Below, in pieces: positions 47,033-55,849 of a stretch of 64,000 bases of DNA; within the stretch, counting starts at the first letter, position 1, and every line of letters starts with the position of its first letter. The position numbers and the translations under genes are program-made. Below the pieces are notes generated by a model. It did not search any database and was not told the origin of the DNA. It saw nothing but the letters and a program-made list of their open reading frames with translations. This DNA comes from an uncultured Rhabdochlamydiaceae bacterium (GTDB lineage: Bacteria > Chlamydiota > Chlamydiia > Chlamydiales > Rhabdochlamydiaceae): assembly GCA_963712275.1 (NCBI GenBank), contig CAVQHD010000001.1, positions 736,001 to 800,000 of the forward strand, written 5' to 3'.

Positions 47033-48858
47033 CCTTTTTTAGTTCTATAAGCCTGCTGAGGGTGATTTGGACTTTCGGGGAATAGATATTCGAGTTCTTC
47101 ATCAGTGATCATTTTCGAGATATAGCGTTTACGCAAATGATCAGAATCGCGTTGAAGAATTTCTACTAACTCTGGAAGTTTTAGAGGGCTAAGGGCACAC
47201 AATTGTGCAATAATCGTTCTTATTTTTTGAGCTGGGGTTTTCTTACCAAGTTCTTGTAATGCCTGAACTAACTCTTCTGACAAAGGTGGAAATTTTTGGG
47301 GTATACCTGATATTGTAATGTCCGGAGCTCCATTCGTAATGCCCGGAGCTCCATTCGTAATGCCCGGAGCTAATAATTTATTTGTTGGGACATAAAAAGT
47401 GATATTCCCTCTTCCTCTTTGCTCTAATAAGCCAAGGTTTCTCAGGTGGCGTAAATGGGTGCTAGCAGTTAAAGTATCTACGCAGTTAATTGTGCGATAT
47501 TCAGCATTAGAGATGGATCCTTTCTCTCTTACAATAATCAGTGTACGCGCTTCTTCATCTGTTAGGTTATGGTCTTTGAATGACTGAAGCCATTGAATAT
47601 CTTGGTTATCAAAAAGATGGTGTGGAAGTAGCGTTAACACAAATAAATTGCTAGAGCGGTCTGACTCTATTAGAGGGACTGAAAGATTGGCTTTTCTCAT
47701 CTCTTCTCGCATCGTACCGATTCCTGTTCCCTTAGCCTCTGCATAGTGAATATCATGAAATACCTGTGCTATAATCTCATTTCTTAGAACCGAGCCAGGA
47801 AGACCTAATTGCTCTTGAGGTTTTAATGAATAGCCTATATTGCGAAATTCTGTTCGGTTTGCATATTTGATAATTTGGACTGGACTTGAAGTTCGATAGT
47901 CTTTATGCATCAGCGCATTGACAACCGACTCTCGAACAACTTTTCGTGGGATGATAGGACTATCTTTTCTTCTTATAACATCATCTTCCAACGCGAAAAT
48001 TTGGGGAATATCATTCATAATCTGATTAATCAGCCGAGGTATACCGGTGATGAGTGCTTCGCACATTTCAAGCGCCGTGTAACGCCGTTCCGAATCTGTA
48101 ATCCACTCTCTTCCCTCGACAAGGATATAATCAACCCTATTTTTTAGAGGAAATAGTCGTCTCAGAGCCATTGGATTACCGAAAAGAAGCATTCCTCCTA
48201 TTGTGGGAAGCGTAACACCTTTTTCTGTCTCCATAACTCGAAGAGCTTTTAATAAGTCTTCGTCACTAGAGCGCAACTCTCGGGCATCAGGTCTAATTTT
48301 TTCTCTTTCATGACGGTAAAGTTTAATCGCTTGCGAGTCAAAATCTGAAAAAGAAGCGCCCTCGATTAGAGTTTCATCGTACTTACGTTTTGCACGCAGT
48401 TGATATAGTAGATCCAAATCTTCTCGTGTACAAATCTGATCGGAAGATCCAATGCGGCGATGGGCTCCCTCATTTACACCTTTGGATTGGAGGAATATGG
48501 GCTTTTCATGGCTATTTGCTTCGGGGACATAAACTAGAAGAACGGAACCTTGAGGATGGGAAATCACTTTCAATATGGGGCGAATGGGGATATTAAAGCA
48601 TTGCCTGCACTGCGAAGCGATATCATTTTGCAACTTATCTGGATCGGAAATGCCTGTAACAACATATTTAAAGTCCCGGGCTTCTTCATTTTTTACAATG
48701 CCGAGTAAAATATAGCCGCCTCCAAGACCAGGTTCATTGCTAAAAGCAGAAACTGTCTCAAGGAAGCTTTTGCCAATACCATGTATAGCTGATTTAGCCT
48801 CAATACGGTCTGTCTCATCACTATTTTGCAGTAGATTGAAGAGTTCATTAAAGTCCAT
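47029..48858 (-). CDS. AlbA_2 (Schlafen-like) + HATPase_c_4 + HTH protein
   Basis: IEAK, TVSAFSNE.GLGGGYILLG, RESVVNALMHKDY, EAKGTGI, C-terminal SPNHPQQAY; likely start MDFNE. Confidence 0.8.
   Translation of the reverse strand: MDFNELFNLLQNSDETDRIEAKSAIHGIGKSFLETVSAFSNEPGLGGGYILLGIVKNEEARDFKYVVTGISDPDKLQNDIASQCRQCFNIPIRPILKVISHPQGSVLLVYVPEANSHEKPIFLQSKGVNEGAHRRIGSSDQICTREDLDLLYQLRAKRKYDETLIEGASFSDFDSQAIKLYRHEREKIRPDARELRSSDEDLLKALRVMETEKGVTLPTIGGMLLFGNPMALRRLFPLKNRVDYILVEGREWITDSERRYTALEMCEALITGIPRLINQIMNDIPQIFALEDDVIRRKDSPIIPRKVVRESVVNALMHKDYRTSSPVQIIKYANRTEFRNIGYSLKPQEQLGLPGSVLRNEIIAQVFHDIHYAEAKGTGIGTMREEMRKANLSVPLIESDRSSNLFVLTLLPHHLFDNQDIQWLQSFKDHNLTDEEARTLIIVREKGSISNAEYRTINCVDTLTASTHLRHLRNLGLLEQRGRGNITFYVPTNKLLAPGITNGAPGITNGAPDITISGIPQKFPPLSEELVQALQELGKKTPAQKIRTIIAQLCALSPLKLPELVEILQRDSDHLRKRYISKMITDEELEYLFPESPNHPQQAYRTKKG
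47315..47371. repeat. 21-bp tandem repeat (2.7 copies) in a coding linker
   Basis: GTAATGYCCGGAGCTCCATTC units encoding APGITNG. Confidence 0.85.
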
Positions 48859-48868
48859 TGAATCCACT

Positions 48869-49078
48869 TTAGAGCTCCTCTGAAGGCTTTGATTTCGATG
48901 CATAAATACTTTGCAAGAGCACTTCGAGATCTTCACGTTTGTAGAGGCGATAACGGTTAATGAGATGACGATGAGAGTTTAATTTTCCATGTTTTTCCCA
49001 ATTTCTTAGGGTCGCCCGTGTCACGCCCAAAAATTCAGCAGCTTCTTTGATCTGTAGATAGTCTTCGATCTTCTTCAT
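48869..49078 (-). CDS. MerR/excisionase-like HTH protein
   Basis: YLQIKEAAEFLGVTRATLRNWEKHGKL...NRYRLY. Confidence 0.85.
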   Translation of the reverse strand: MKKIEDYLQIKEAAEFLGVTRATLRNWEKHGKLNSHRHLINRYRLYKREDLEVLLQSIYASKSKPSEEL

Positions 49079-50436
49079 CCTAATTTGACGGCGCGGAAAC
49101 CCACCCCTTCAGGGGTGGGAGGAAGCGCCGCTCCTTCTGTTATATTTTTAAAATTCCAAGGATTTACACGATTTGAGTAGTGATATCCGTTTGCACGTTG
49201 AATAAGTTTACAATTTTTCCAGCTAATCCCCTGAACAATCCCTTGAGACGTCTGAATGTTGAAATAGCCAGACGCGCGAACCGCAACACGGCCTTGGTAG
49301 CTGCCTTGTTTTTTACCCTTCGATACTGTGGCTACAATCTGATCGCCTGTCTGAAATCCTTGTATCCTCTTTTTGCGTGTCAGAATTCCACGGAGAAATC
49401 CAAACTTATCGGAGCGGGTTCTTTGGTAAGAGCCTCGTCCTGTGCAAGCCACTTGCTGAATAGGGATCTGCCAGTTATAGAGCTGCTCTACCGTTCCTGC
49501 ACATGCTGCATCAAGCGCATGGGTTTTGCAAATCCCTAACCGCTCACGATTATATTTAGTCTGACCTCCCGTGCCACTTTCGCAAGGAAGAGGGAAGTGT
49601 TTCAGTCTTTCCCAAAGAGCTTGGCGTGTAGTGTTGACAGCAGCAGCGTCACGTAATGTTGGTTTTTTATGAATACACTCTTTAAGATGAGGGGCAAAGA
49701 TTTCTAGTGGTAGATTGCCTTTTTTCTGATTACAAGAACTGCAGGCAAGAGTGAGATTGCTAATACGATCAGATCCTCCTAGGCTACGAGGCTGAACATG
49801 ATCGATTTGCAAGGGAATATTCTTTGCATTGCAGTAGACACATTTGCGTCCCCATTTTTCTAGGAGATATTCTCGGATTTCACAGCCTAAAAGGGTTCCT
49901 CTTTGATATTCGACTCCTTGGATTTCGGGATCTAAGAGTTTTTGTGTATCGAATCGGACGGTCTCACAAGTCAAAGCTGTTACTGGGGCTACTGCTTGTA
50001 TTCCTTTAACAAGGTTGACAAGGGTTTCAACGCGGTGGTTTAAGGAAGGTGGAAGCCAACTCTCGGGTCTACGGCGGTTATCAAAGCGCGGAGGGCGATA
50101 TCTTAAATGACCACGCCTTCTTTTGCGAAGAGCTGCGCGGGCTCTAAGAGATTGACTAATGACAGATCCGCGATGTTTTAACTCTGTTAAATTAAGCGCG
50201 GTCTGTTCTTGACCGTTTTCACGGACGAGCGCGATTCCAGTTGTGACACTTCCGGGATCTATTTTGCAACGGATGGGTTGCAAAGCGGTCTCTTCTACTA
50301 CTCGATCGATGAGTCGAATAACAAAAGGATAGACAGTGTGGATGCGAGCTCTTCTCCTACTCAGTAGAAGTCTAGCTCTTTTCTCTGAGCAAGGCATCAG
50401 GGGTTGATGATATTTATCTAAAACAAATACAGCCAC
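49075..50436 (-). CDS. iscB: RNA-guided endonuclease IscB
   Basis: PLMP motif, RuvC-I IDPGS, Arg-rich bridge helix, RuvC-II E (CETVRFD), HNH (CVYC...IDHVQPRSLGGSD...NLTLACSSCN), RuvC-III HALDA. Confidence 0.95.
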   Translation of the reverse strand: MAVFVLDKYHQPLMPCSEKRARLLLSRRRARIHTVYPFVIRLIDRVVEETALQPIRCKIDPGSVTTGIALVRENGQEQTALNLTELKHRGSVISQSLRARAALRKRRRGHLRYRPPRFDNRRRPESWLPPSLNHRVETLVNLVKGIQAVAPVTALTCETVRFDTQKLLDPEIQGVEYQRGTLLGCEIREYLLEKWGRKCVYCNAKNIPLQIDHVQPRSLGGSDRISNLTLACSSCNQKKGNLPLEIFAPHLKECIHKKPTLRDAAAVNTTRQALWERLKHFPLPCESGTGGQTKYNRERLGICKTHALDAACAGTVEQLYNWQIPIQQVACTGRGSYQRTRSDKFGFLRGILTRKKRIQGFQTGDQIVATVSKGKKQGSYQGRVAVRASGYFNIQTSQGIVQGISWKNCKLIQRANGYHYSNRVNPWNFKNITEGAALPPTPEGVGFRAVKLG

Positions 50437-50715
50437 TTTTTTCCTTTCTTAAAAATGCCCTTACGGGCCTTGTAACGGCACCTTTCGGTGCTCTCCCCTC
50501 GGGAATGTTGCTACACAGCTTTTATGCACCGATCCATTTCGTCCTTACCCTATCGGTTGTCTGCAACCGCTGCTTCCAGAGTCCGGAGCTGAGGAAGCAC
50601 TCCGGAGTGGGTCTTATACTTTGTGACAACGTAGCGGCTCTTTACCGCTTTCCCTGGTCAACTAGGGCTTGTTAGTCTCCTTTCAAGCCTCTCCCTTTAG
50701 GGAGGGGTGGTTGAC
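49079..50715 (-). mobile_element. Non-autonomous IS200/IS605-superfamily IscB element
   Basis: omegaRNA plus iscB, bounded by subterminal hairpins (CCTCCCTAAAGGGAGAGG and CCCACCCCTGAAGGGGTGGG); no tnpA; right boundary approximate. Confidence 0.8.
50450..50715 (-). ncRNA. omegaRNA (HEARO-like) scaffold
   Basis: GTCAACCACCCC...GTTGACCAG...CTACGTT...TGCTTCCTCAGCTCC...AACATTCCCGAGGGGAGA blocks directly upstream of iscB; 3' end approximate. Confidence 0.88.
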
Positions 50716-50737
50716 GTCATGTTTTCTCAAGCTATCT

Positions 50738-50766
50738 AGAATAACAAAGCTTGCAAAACATTACAA
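50738..50766 (-). promoter_or_regulatory. Putative sigma66 promoter upstream of the omegaRNA
   Basis: TTGTAA-17-TATTCT, 22 nt upstream of the scaffold start. Confidence 0.6.
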
Positions 50767-50871
50767 TTTATCTTTCGACGGGAAAAAACTGAGCCAATCC
50801 TGAAAAGGGAATTGCCAAAGTTCTCGCGGAGAGAAGCGCTTTTCCTGAGGTGTAAGAACAGTGCCTAGTCT

Positions 50872-51750
50872 TTAAACTTTTTTCGTCGCGATGGAAAGGG
50901 TATTGAGATAGTCGCGCATTGTGTCGATTTGGGCAGCTTCGGAGCTGGATAAAGAGTAAAGCGTGCTAAATTTAGCTTCTTCTTCGACCGCATTTTTAGC
51001 AGAAAAATTTCGTACATGATTGGGACCTATTTCCGGATGAACTCCAGAGAGAAGAATACGACCTTTTCCTACTTTTTGCGTTACAGCTGCAGTAGGAGCT
51101 ATGTTCTCATAAAGCTCCTTTGCGCCTCCTTGTGAGATATAAGATCCAGAAAATTTATAAGAATCATACTCTAGAAGGGGACGAGCTTCTAGCTCTTTTG
51201 ATGCGCCCGGAAAAAATACACCGTTCTGAAAATAGAGATGGTAAGGCTTTTGCTCCGCCTCGGACGAAACCTGTCTAACCAATTGTGTTCCATAATTCCT
51301 ACTCCCAAGTACTTCAAACAAACAGCAATGACCTGAATAAAGCTTCAGATGCATTCGTTCTCGCAATGCAATCGTCTCGGTTATCTCTTGCGTTGGCGGA
51401 TTAAGGCAATGGGGAACAAGTTGTGTATCGTACATGAGCAATGGGCGGCATGCCGCAGCAATGGCCCCTGCACAGAGCCCGAGGTAGCTGGCTCCATCAT
51501 CGATGACGAGTTTACGAATGATGGGGGCCAGAGGTTTCAGTTCTCTTTCCATAAGCAGGTAAGAGCCTCCTGGAATAATAAAAAGACGCACAGGATTAGA
51601 GAAAGTATCATTGAGGGCATAAGGTGCTTGGGATAAACGTTCAATCCGATAGGATCTGTCATCAATGATATTTTTGATTTGTTCGTAGATCGAAGAGAGA
51701 CAGGTTGAATCTACTCCAGACTTGTCATAAATGAGAGCGTACCCTGACAT
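50872..51750 (-). CDS. Stand-alone BPL_N (class I glutamine amidotransferase-like) protein
   Basis: IIPGG, YLGLCAGA nucleophile elbow, LSGVHPE. Confidence 0.75.
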   Translation of the reverse strand: MSGYALIYDKSGVDSTCLSSIYEQIKNIIDDRSYRIERLSQAPYALNDTFSNPVRLFIIPGGSYLLMERELKPLAPIIRKLVIDDGASYLGLCAGAIAAACRPLLMYDTQLVPHCLNPPTQEITETIALRERMHLKLYSGHCCLFEVLGSRNYGTQLVRQVSSEAEQKPYHLYFQNGVFFPGASKELEARPLLEYDSYKFSGSYISQGGAKELYENIAPTAAVTQKVGKGRILLSGVHPEIGPNHVRNFSAKNAVEEEAKFSTLYSLSSSEAAQIDTMRDYLNTLSIATKKV

Positions 51751-51833
51751 AAACCACCTATGAATGTTCTTTGCTGAGGAATAAATAATAACTCAAAAAT
51801 CGGTAGAAGATTAATTCAACAACAGTCTTTAAG

Positions 51834-52877
51834 TCAATAGGGTGAAAAAGGCTCGAAATGAGGCGGGATATTGAGCGCATCTTCATGATAATCAAACCGC
51901 TGATGGAGTCGTGAAAGGTAGACTTGCATCTCTGCTTCGGCATACTCATTGAGAAGCCCTTGCCTTAGTTGATTGGAGATGGTTTCGAAGAGGGGAGTTT
52001 CTTGTTTTGTATGAGCTTTAAGGTGAAAGATTCGAACCACTTGAGTTCCATCGCGGCTTTGTTGAAGAGTGGGGGCGCTCCACGAATTGATCGCAAGTTG
52101 GCTCAGAATATCTCGATGGGCGGAGGATAGCTCATGATCATCTAATTGAAATTCAGAGGAGAGCGAAAGATGGCTCCACTCTTCTTCGGGAAGGTTTTGT
52201 TTGAATAAATCTGCGGCAATCGAGAGAGTTCCATTGGAGGGCTCATAGAGCTCTACGATTTTTGCAGCGAGCGGCATTGCTGCTTCGGAAGTATCGTACC
52301 GAAAGGTTAAAAATTGGTAAGTCCAAACTTCTTTGGGGGGATTTTCTTTCAAGTACCGATCATACGCTTTCCGGATCACTTCTGTTGTCACTTTGCCAAG
52401 CACTTTAGAGGTGACTCGAAACCATTGAATCTTTTGCACGACAAGGTCTTGATGAGTCATTGCTTTTGCTTCATCATAGGAAATTCTTAATCGGTCGAGA
52501 GAGGCCATGACATTCGGGCCATACCGATTTTGAATCTCTTCCCGGACTTCGGCGTCGGTTGCTTTGATCTCACGGCTTTCAGCATCTGCCATCATGAGTT
52601 CTTGATCAATCATTCGCTGCAAGGTGGGCTTCCATTGCGTCGAATAAAATTGAAGGCAGGCAGGCTTTGAGTCGAGATACTCTGGATAATATTGGCTTAA
52701 AAAAACGTCCATTTGTTTCACAACATCTAAAAGGGAAATGGTTTTGCCGTTTACGGTTGTCAAAATGCGGTTATTAAGGATGACTTCAGAAGGGTCATCG
52801 GGAGGTAAAACAGAGGCAAGGACAGGGAGCGCCGGTACAAGAAAAGAAACTAAGATTGCTTGTAGCCACGGCTTCAT
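51834..52877 (-). CDS. SurA-like periplasmic chaperone
   Basis: Signal peptide; NRILTTVNGKTIS and LQRMIDQELM SurA N-domain pattern. Confidence 0.7.
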   Translation of the reverse strand: MKPWLQAILVSFLVPALPVLASVLPPDDPSEVILNNRILTTVNGKTISLLDVVKQMDVFLSQYYPEYLDSKPACLQFYSTQWKPTLQRMIDQELMMADAESREIKATDAEVREEIQNRYGPNVMASLDRLRISYDEAKAMTHQDLVVQKIQWFRVTSKVLGKVTTEVIRKAYDRYLKENPPKEVWTYQFLTFRYDTSEAAMPLAAKIVELYEPSNGTLSIAADLFKQNLPEEEWSHLSLSSEFQLDDHELSSAHRDILSQLAINSWSAPTLQQSRDGTQVVRIFHLKAHTKQETPLFETISNQLRQGLLNEYAEAEMQVYLSRLHQRFDYHEDALNIPPHFEPFSPY

Positions 52878-52907
52878 TTGACTCTCCTTTGGAAAGGCCT
52901 CATTCTA

Positions 52908-53975
52908 TCAAATCATCTTAAAAGAAACAGCATAAAATCCGTCCATGCCGTGCAAGAGGGGAAGTGTTTGAAATTGATCGACAATTTGAAGGGAATATTT
53001 TTTTCGAAAATAAGCAGCTTGGTGCTCATTTTCTTCAGGAAGAATGCTGCAAGTCATATAGACGATCGTTCCTTTGGGATGCAGATAAGAGAGGGCCTCT
53101 TCAAAAATAGATTGTTGCTCCTGAGTGAGTTGTGCAAGGTTAAGAGACTCAAATTTCCATTTAAGGTCCGGGTTGCGGCGGTAGGTTCCCGTTCCGCTGC
53201 AAGGGACATCGGCAACGACCCAATCTAGGGTCTTTTTCCTGGAGGGAAGTTTAAATTGAACGTTTTGAATTCCAGCTCTTCTGAATCTTTTTTTAGCCTC
53301 TTGGAGCGCTTCAAGGCGGATATCGTGGAGATAAAGCTGTCCCGATTGTTGCATCTCGGGGGCAAAAGCCAAACTTTTTCCTCCAGCCCCTGCGCAAAAA
53401 TCGAGAATTTGCGCGTTAAGGGAAGGGCGTATGAGCTGAGCTGCGAGCTGGCTGGCTTCATCTTGGACTTCGAAAAGGCCGTCTTTAAACTCTGAAAGAG
53501 TGGAAAAATTGATTTTTGAGGAGCATTGAATCCCCAGCGGAGAGACTAGAGTTGCTTGAACATCGAATTGGGAAGAGAGTTTGCGGAGGAGTTCATCACG
53601 AGAGATTTTTAGGCGGTTTGCACGGAGTGTGACGGGGGCTCTGGTTTGGTTGATGTGGCAAATCTCAGCCGCTTTTTTTTCTCCATAAGATTGACAAAGA
53701 GAGAGAAAGAGTTTTTTTGGGGCTCCAAGGCGAAGGTGCTCTGCAAGAGGGGATGCTCTCAAATCAGGAAGAGGCGCCATTGGATCGAGTTGGAGTTCAT
53801 CGTAAAGATTCTTCCATCGAACGTAATTGTAAAGGGTTTCAGCGATCCAAGCCCGATCTTTAGATCCAAGAGCTTTATGAAGACGAAAATAGTGGCGTAA
53901 AAGAACATCTAAAGGTATTCTTTGAATCTTTATTTGACTGATTAAATGAGTCAAATGGTGTTGTCTAAATTTCAT
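52908..53975 (-). CDS. RsmB/NOL1/NOP2/Fmu RNA m5C methyltransferase
   Basis: VQDEASQ, DFCAGAGGK, DVPCSGTG, YMTCS; likely start MKFRQHH. Confidence 0.9.
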   Translation of the reverse strand: MKFRQHHLTHLISQIKIQRIPLDVLLRHYFRLHKALGSKDRAWIAETLYNYVRWKNLYDELQLDPMAPLPDLRASPLAEHLRLGAPKKLFLSLCQSYGEKKAAEICHINQTRAPVTLRANRLKISRDELLRKLSSQFDVQATLVSPLGIQCSSKINFSTLSEFKDGLFEVQDEASQLAAQLIRPSLNAQILDFCAGAGGKSLAFAPEMQQSGQLYLHDIRLEALQEAKKRFRRAGIQNVQFKLPSRKKTLDWVVADVPCSGTGTYRRNPDLKWKFESLNLAQLTQEQQSIFEEALSYLHPKGTIVYMTCSILPEENEHQAAYFRKKYSLQIVDQFQTLPLLHGMDGFYAVSFKMI

Positions 53976-54019
53976 AGAAAAGAGAATACTTAAATTCGAT
54001 AAATCTGAGGTAAGGAAAA

Positions 54020-54457
54020 ATGAGAAAAATCGTCTTCTTAATCGGTCGCATTTTGTTAAGTTTGATTTTTGTGAGCTCATCTATCAGTAAATTGTTTAGT
54101 TGGAACGACACGGTTCAATACACGACAAGCTCGTATTCTCAATGGATCAGTGGAACACCGGCTCCAGAGGCAATCCATCAAGGGATGGTAGCGCTTTGCC
54201 CTCATGTCGTTTTAATGCTCATCATCGCCATGCTTTTCGAGGGGATTGGGGGGCTTTTGCTCCTTTTTGGATTTAAAATCCGCTTCGGCGCATTCCTGCT
54301 GATCTTATTTATCATTCCTGTCACAATCATCATGCATCCTTTCTGGCTGAGTGGCGGTCAAGAGAAGATGATCCAAACGGCGATGTTTATGAAAAATATC
54401 AGTATTTTAGGGGGGCTGCTCATCCTGGCATCAAAGGGCGGGGAAAGCGAGGCGTGA
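54020..54457 (+). CDS. DoxX-family membrane protein
   Basis: GRILLSLIF, HPFW and FMKNISILGGLL motifs. Confidence 0.88.
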   Translation: MRKIVFLIGRILLSLIFVSSSISKLFSWNDTVQYTTSSYSQWISGTPAPEAIHQGMVALCPHVVLMLIIAMLFEGIGGLLLLFGFKIRFGAFLLILFIIPVTIIMHPFWLSGGQEKMIQTAMFMKNISILGGLLILASKGGESEA

Positions 54458-54465
54458 GCTATTAA

Positions 54466-54476
54466 GAGACTGTCTC
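54466..54476. repeat. Minimal family A remnant
   Basis: TAA-GAGACTGTCTC-TAA; equals the joined tips of element 42442-42610. Confidence 0.45.
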
Positions 54477-54530
54477 TAATACAGCTTGTTTTGAAAATTG
54501 AAATAAGATACCATTTCCTTTCAATAAAAC

Positions 54531-55373
54531 ATGCAAAATCAAACAACCCTTAAACAAGAAATTGCCTTTCAAGGAAAAGCCCTCTTTACGGGGCGCGATG
54601 TGACTGCTTGTCTTTGTCCTGCTGGTCCTGAGACGGGAGTTGTCTTCCGTCGGGTCGATTTGCCTGGATCTCCAGACATTCCTGCAAAGACGGAATATGT
54701 TCAAGAGAGTATTCGTACAACCAAAATTGGAGTCGGTAGTGCCTCCGTTCAGACGATCGAACACCTGATGGCAGCTGTTTTTGCTTGTAAAGTAGATAAT
54801 TTAATCGTGGAGATTTCAGGGCCAGAACTCCCTATTTTTGATGGAAGCGCGCTCCCCTTTGTCGAATGGATTGAAAAGGCTGGGATTGTGGAGCAAAATC
54901 GCCCCAAAGAAGTCTATGTTTTAGGGGCTCCCTGCTATTTCTCTGCGGGAGAGACGCACCTGATTGCGCTTCCTTCCGATGAATTTAAGATTAGCTATAC
55001 GCTTCACTATCCAGCATCTCCATATCTCAAATCGCAATACTTTAGCTTTGTGATGACACCCCCTCGATTTCGGCAAGAGGTTGCTCCCTGCCGAACGTTT
55101 GCACTTCATGAAGAAGTTCTTCCTTTGATTCAAAAAGGGATTTTAAAAAATGGAGGACTCGAGCATGGTGTAGTCATTGATGGAGAAAGAGTGTTAAATC
55201 CCGAAGGGGTCCGTTTCTTTGACGAAATGGTTCGTCATAAGGTTTTGGATTTGATCGGAGATATTGCTCTATTAGGCCATCCATTAAATGTTCATTTGAT
55301 TGGAATCAAAACAGGACATGCAGCAAACCATGCCATTGCGAAAGAGATGCGTAAATTTCTGAGGAGACAATGA
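54531..55373 (+). CDS. lpxC: UDP-3-O-acyl-N-acetylglucosamine deacetylase
   Basis: TIEHLMAA, PIFDGSA, RHKVLDLIGD, GHAAN. Confidence 0.96.
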   Translation: MQNQTTLKQEIAFQGKALFTGRDVTACLCPAGPETGVVFRRVDLPGSPDIPAKTEYVQESIRTTKIGVGSASVQTIEHLMAAVFACKVDNLIVEISGPELPIFDGSALPFVEWIEKAGIVEQNRPKEVYVLGAPCYFSAGETHLIALPSDEFKISYTLHYPASPYLKSQYFSFVMTPPRFRQEVAPCRTFALHEEVLPLIQKGILKNGGLEHGVVIDGERVLNPEGVRFFDEMVRHKVLDLIGDIALLGHPLNVHLIGIKTGHAANHAIAKEMRKFLRRQ

Positions 55374-55834
55374 ACTCAACTTTAACTCATTCGGTTATTC
55401 TTGATGCGAAAAAGATCGCACAAATTTTACCCCATCGGTATCCTTTTCTTCTTGTAGATCGGATTGTTTACATAGACCTTGAGAATAATACGATCATTGG
55501 GCAAAAAAATGTGACCTTAAATGAACATTTTTTTGTAGGACATTTCCCCGAGGTGCCCATTATGCCTGGAGTGCTTATCCTCGAGGCTTTAGCGCAAACT
55601 GGAGGAATTTTAGTCCACCAAAAGTTACAGACAGATAAAATTGCGGTGCTCCTAACAGTGGATCAAGCAAAATTTAGAAAGCCTGTATTTCCAGGAGATG
55701 TTCTTTTCCTAGAAATCAAAGGATTGCATGTGAGTTTTAAAGGGGGGAAAGTGGCAGCAAAGGCCCTCGTGAATGATCAGGTGGTTGTTGAAGCAGAAAT
55801 TGGTTTTGCTCTTGTTGATAGAAAGCAACTTTAA
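55370..55834 (+). CDS. fabZ: 3-hydroxyacyl-ACP dehydratase
   Basis: LPHRYPFLLVDR, GHFPEVPIMPGVLILEALAQ. Confidence 0.97.
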   Translation: MNSTLTHSVILDAKKIAQILPHRYPFLLVDRIVYIDLENNTIIGQKNVTLNEHFFVGHFPEVPIMPGVLILEALAQTGGILVHQKLQTDKIAVLLTVDQAKFRKPVFPGDVLFLEIKGLHVSFKGGKVAAKALVNDQVVVEAEIGFALVDRKQL

Positions 55835-55849
55835 AAAATGTTAAAATAG

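Noticed and set aside
50716..50735. Second target site for the IscB guide within the window
   Set aside because: Only a partial resemblance near 26588-26600 was found by eye; not a credible target
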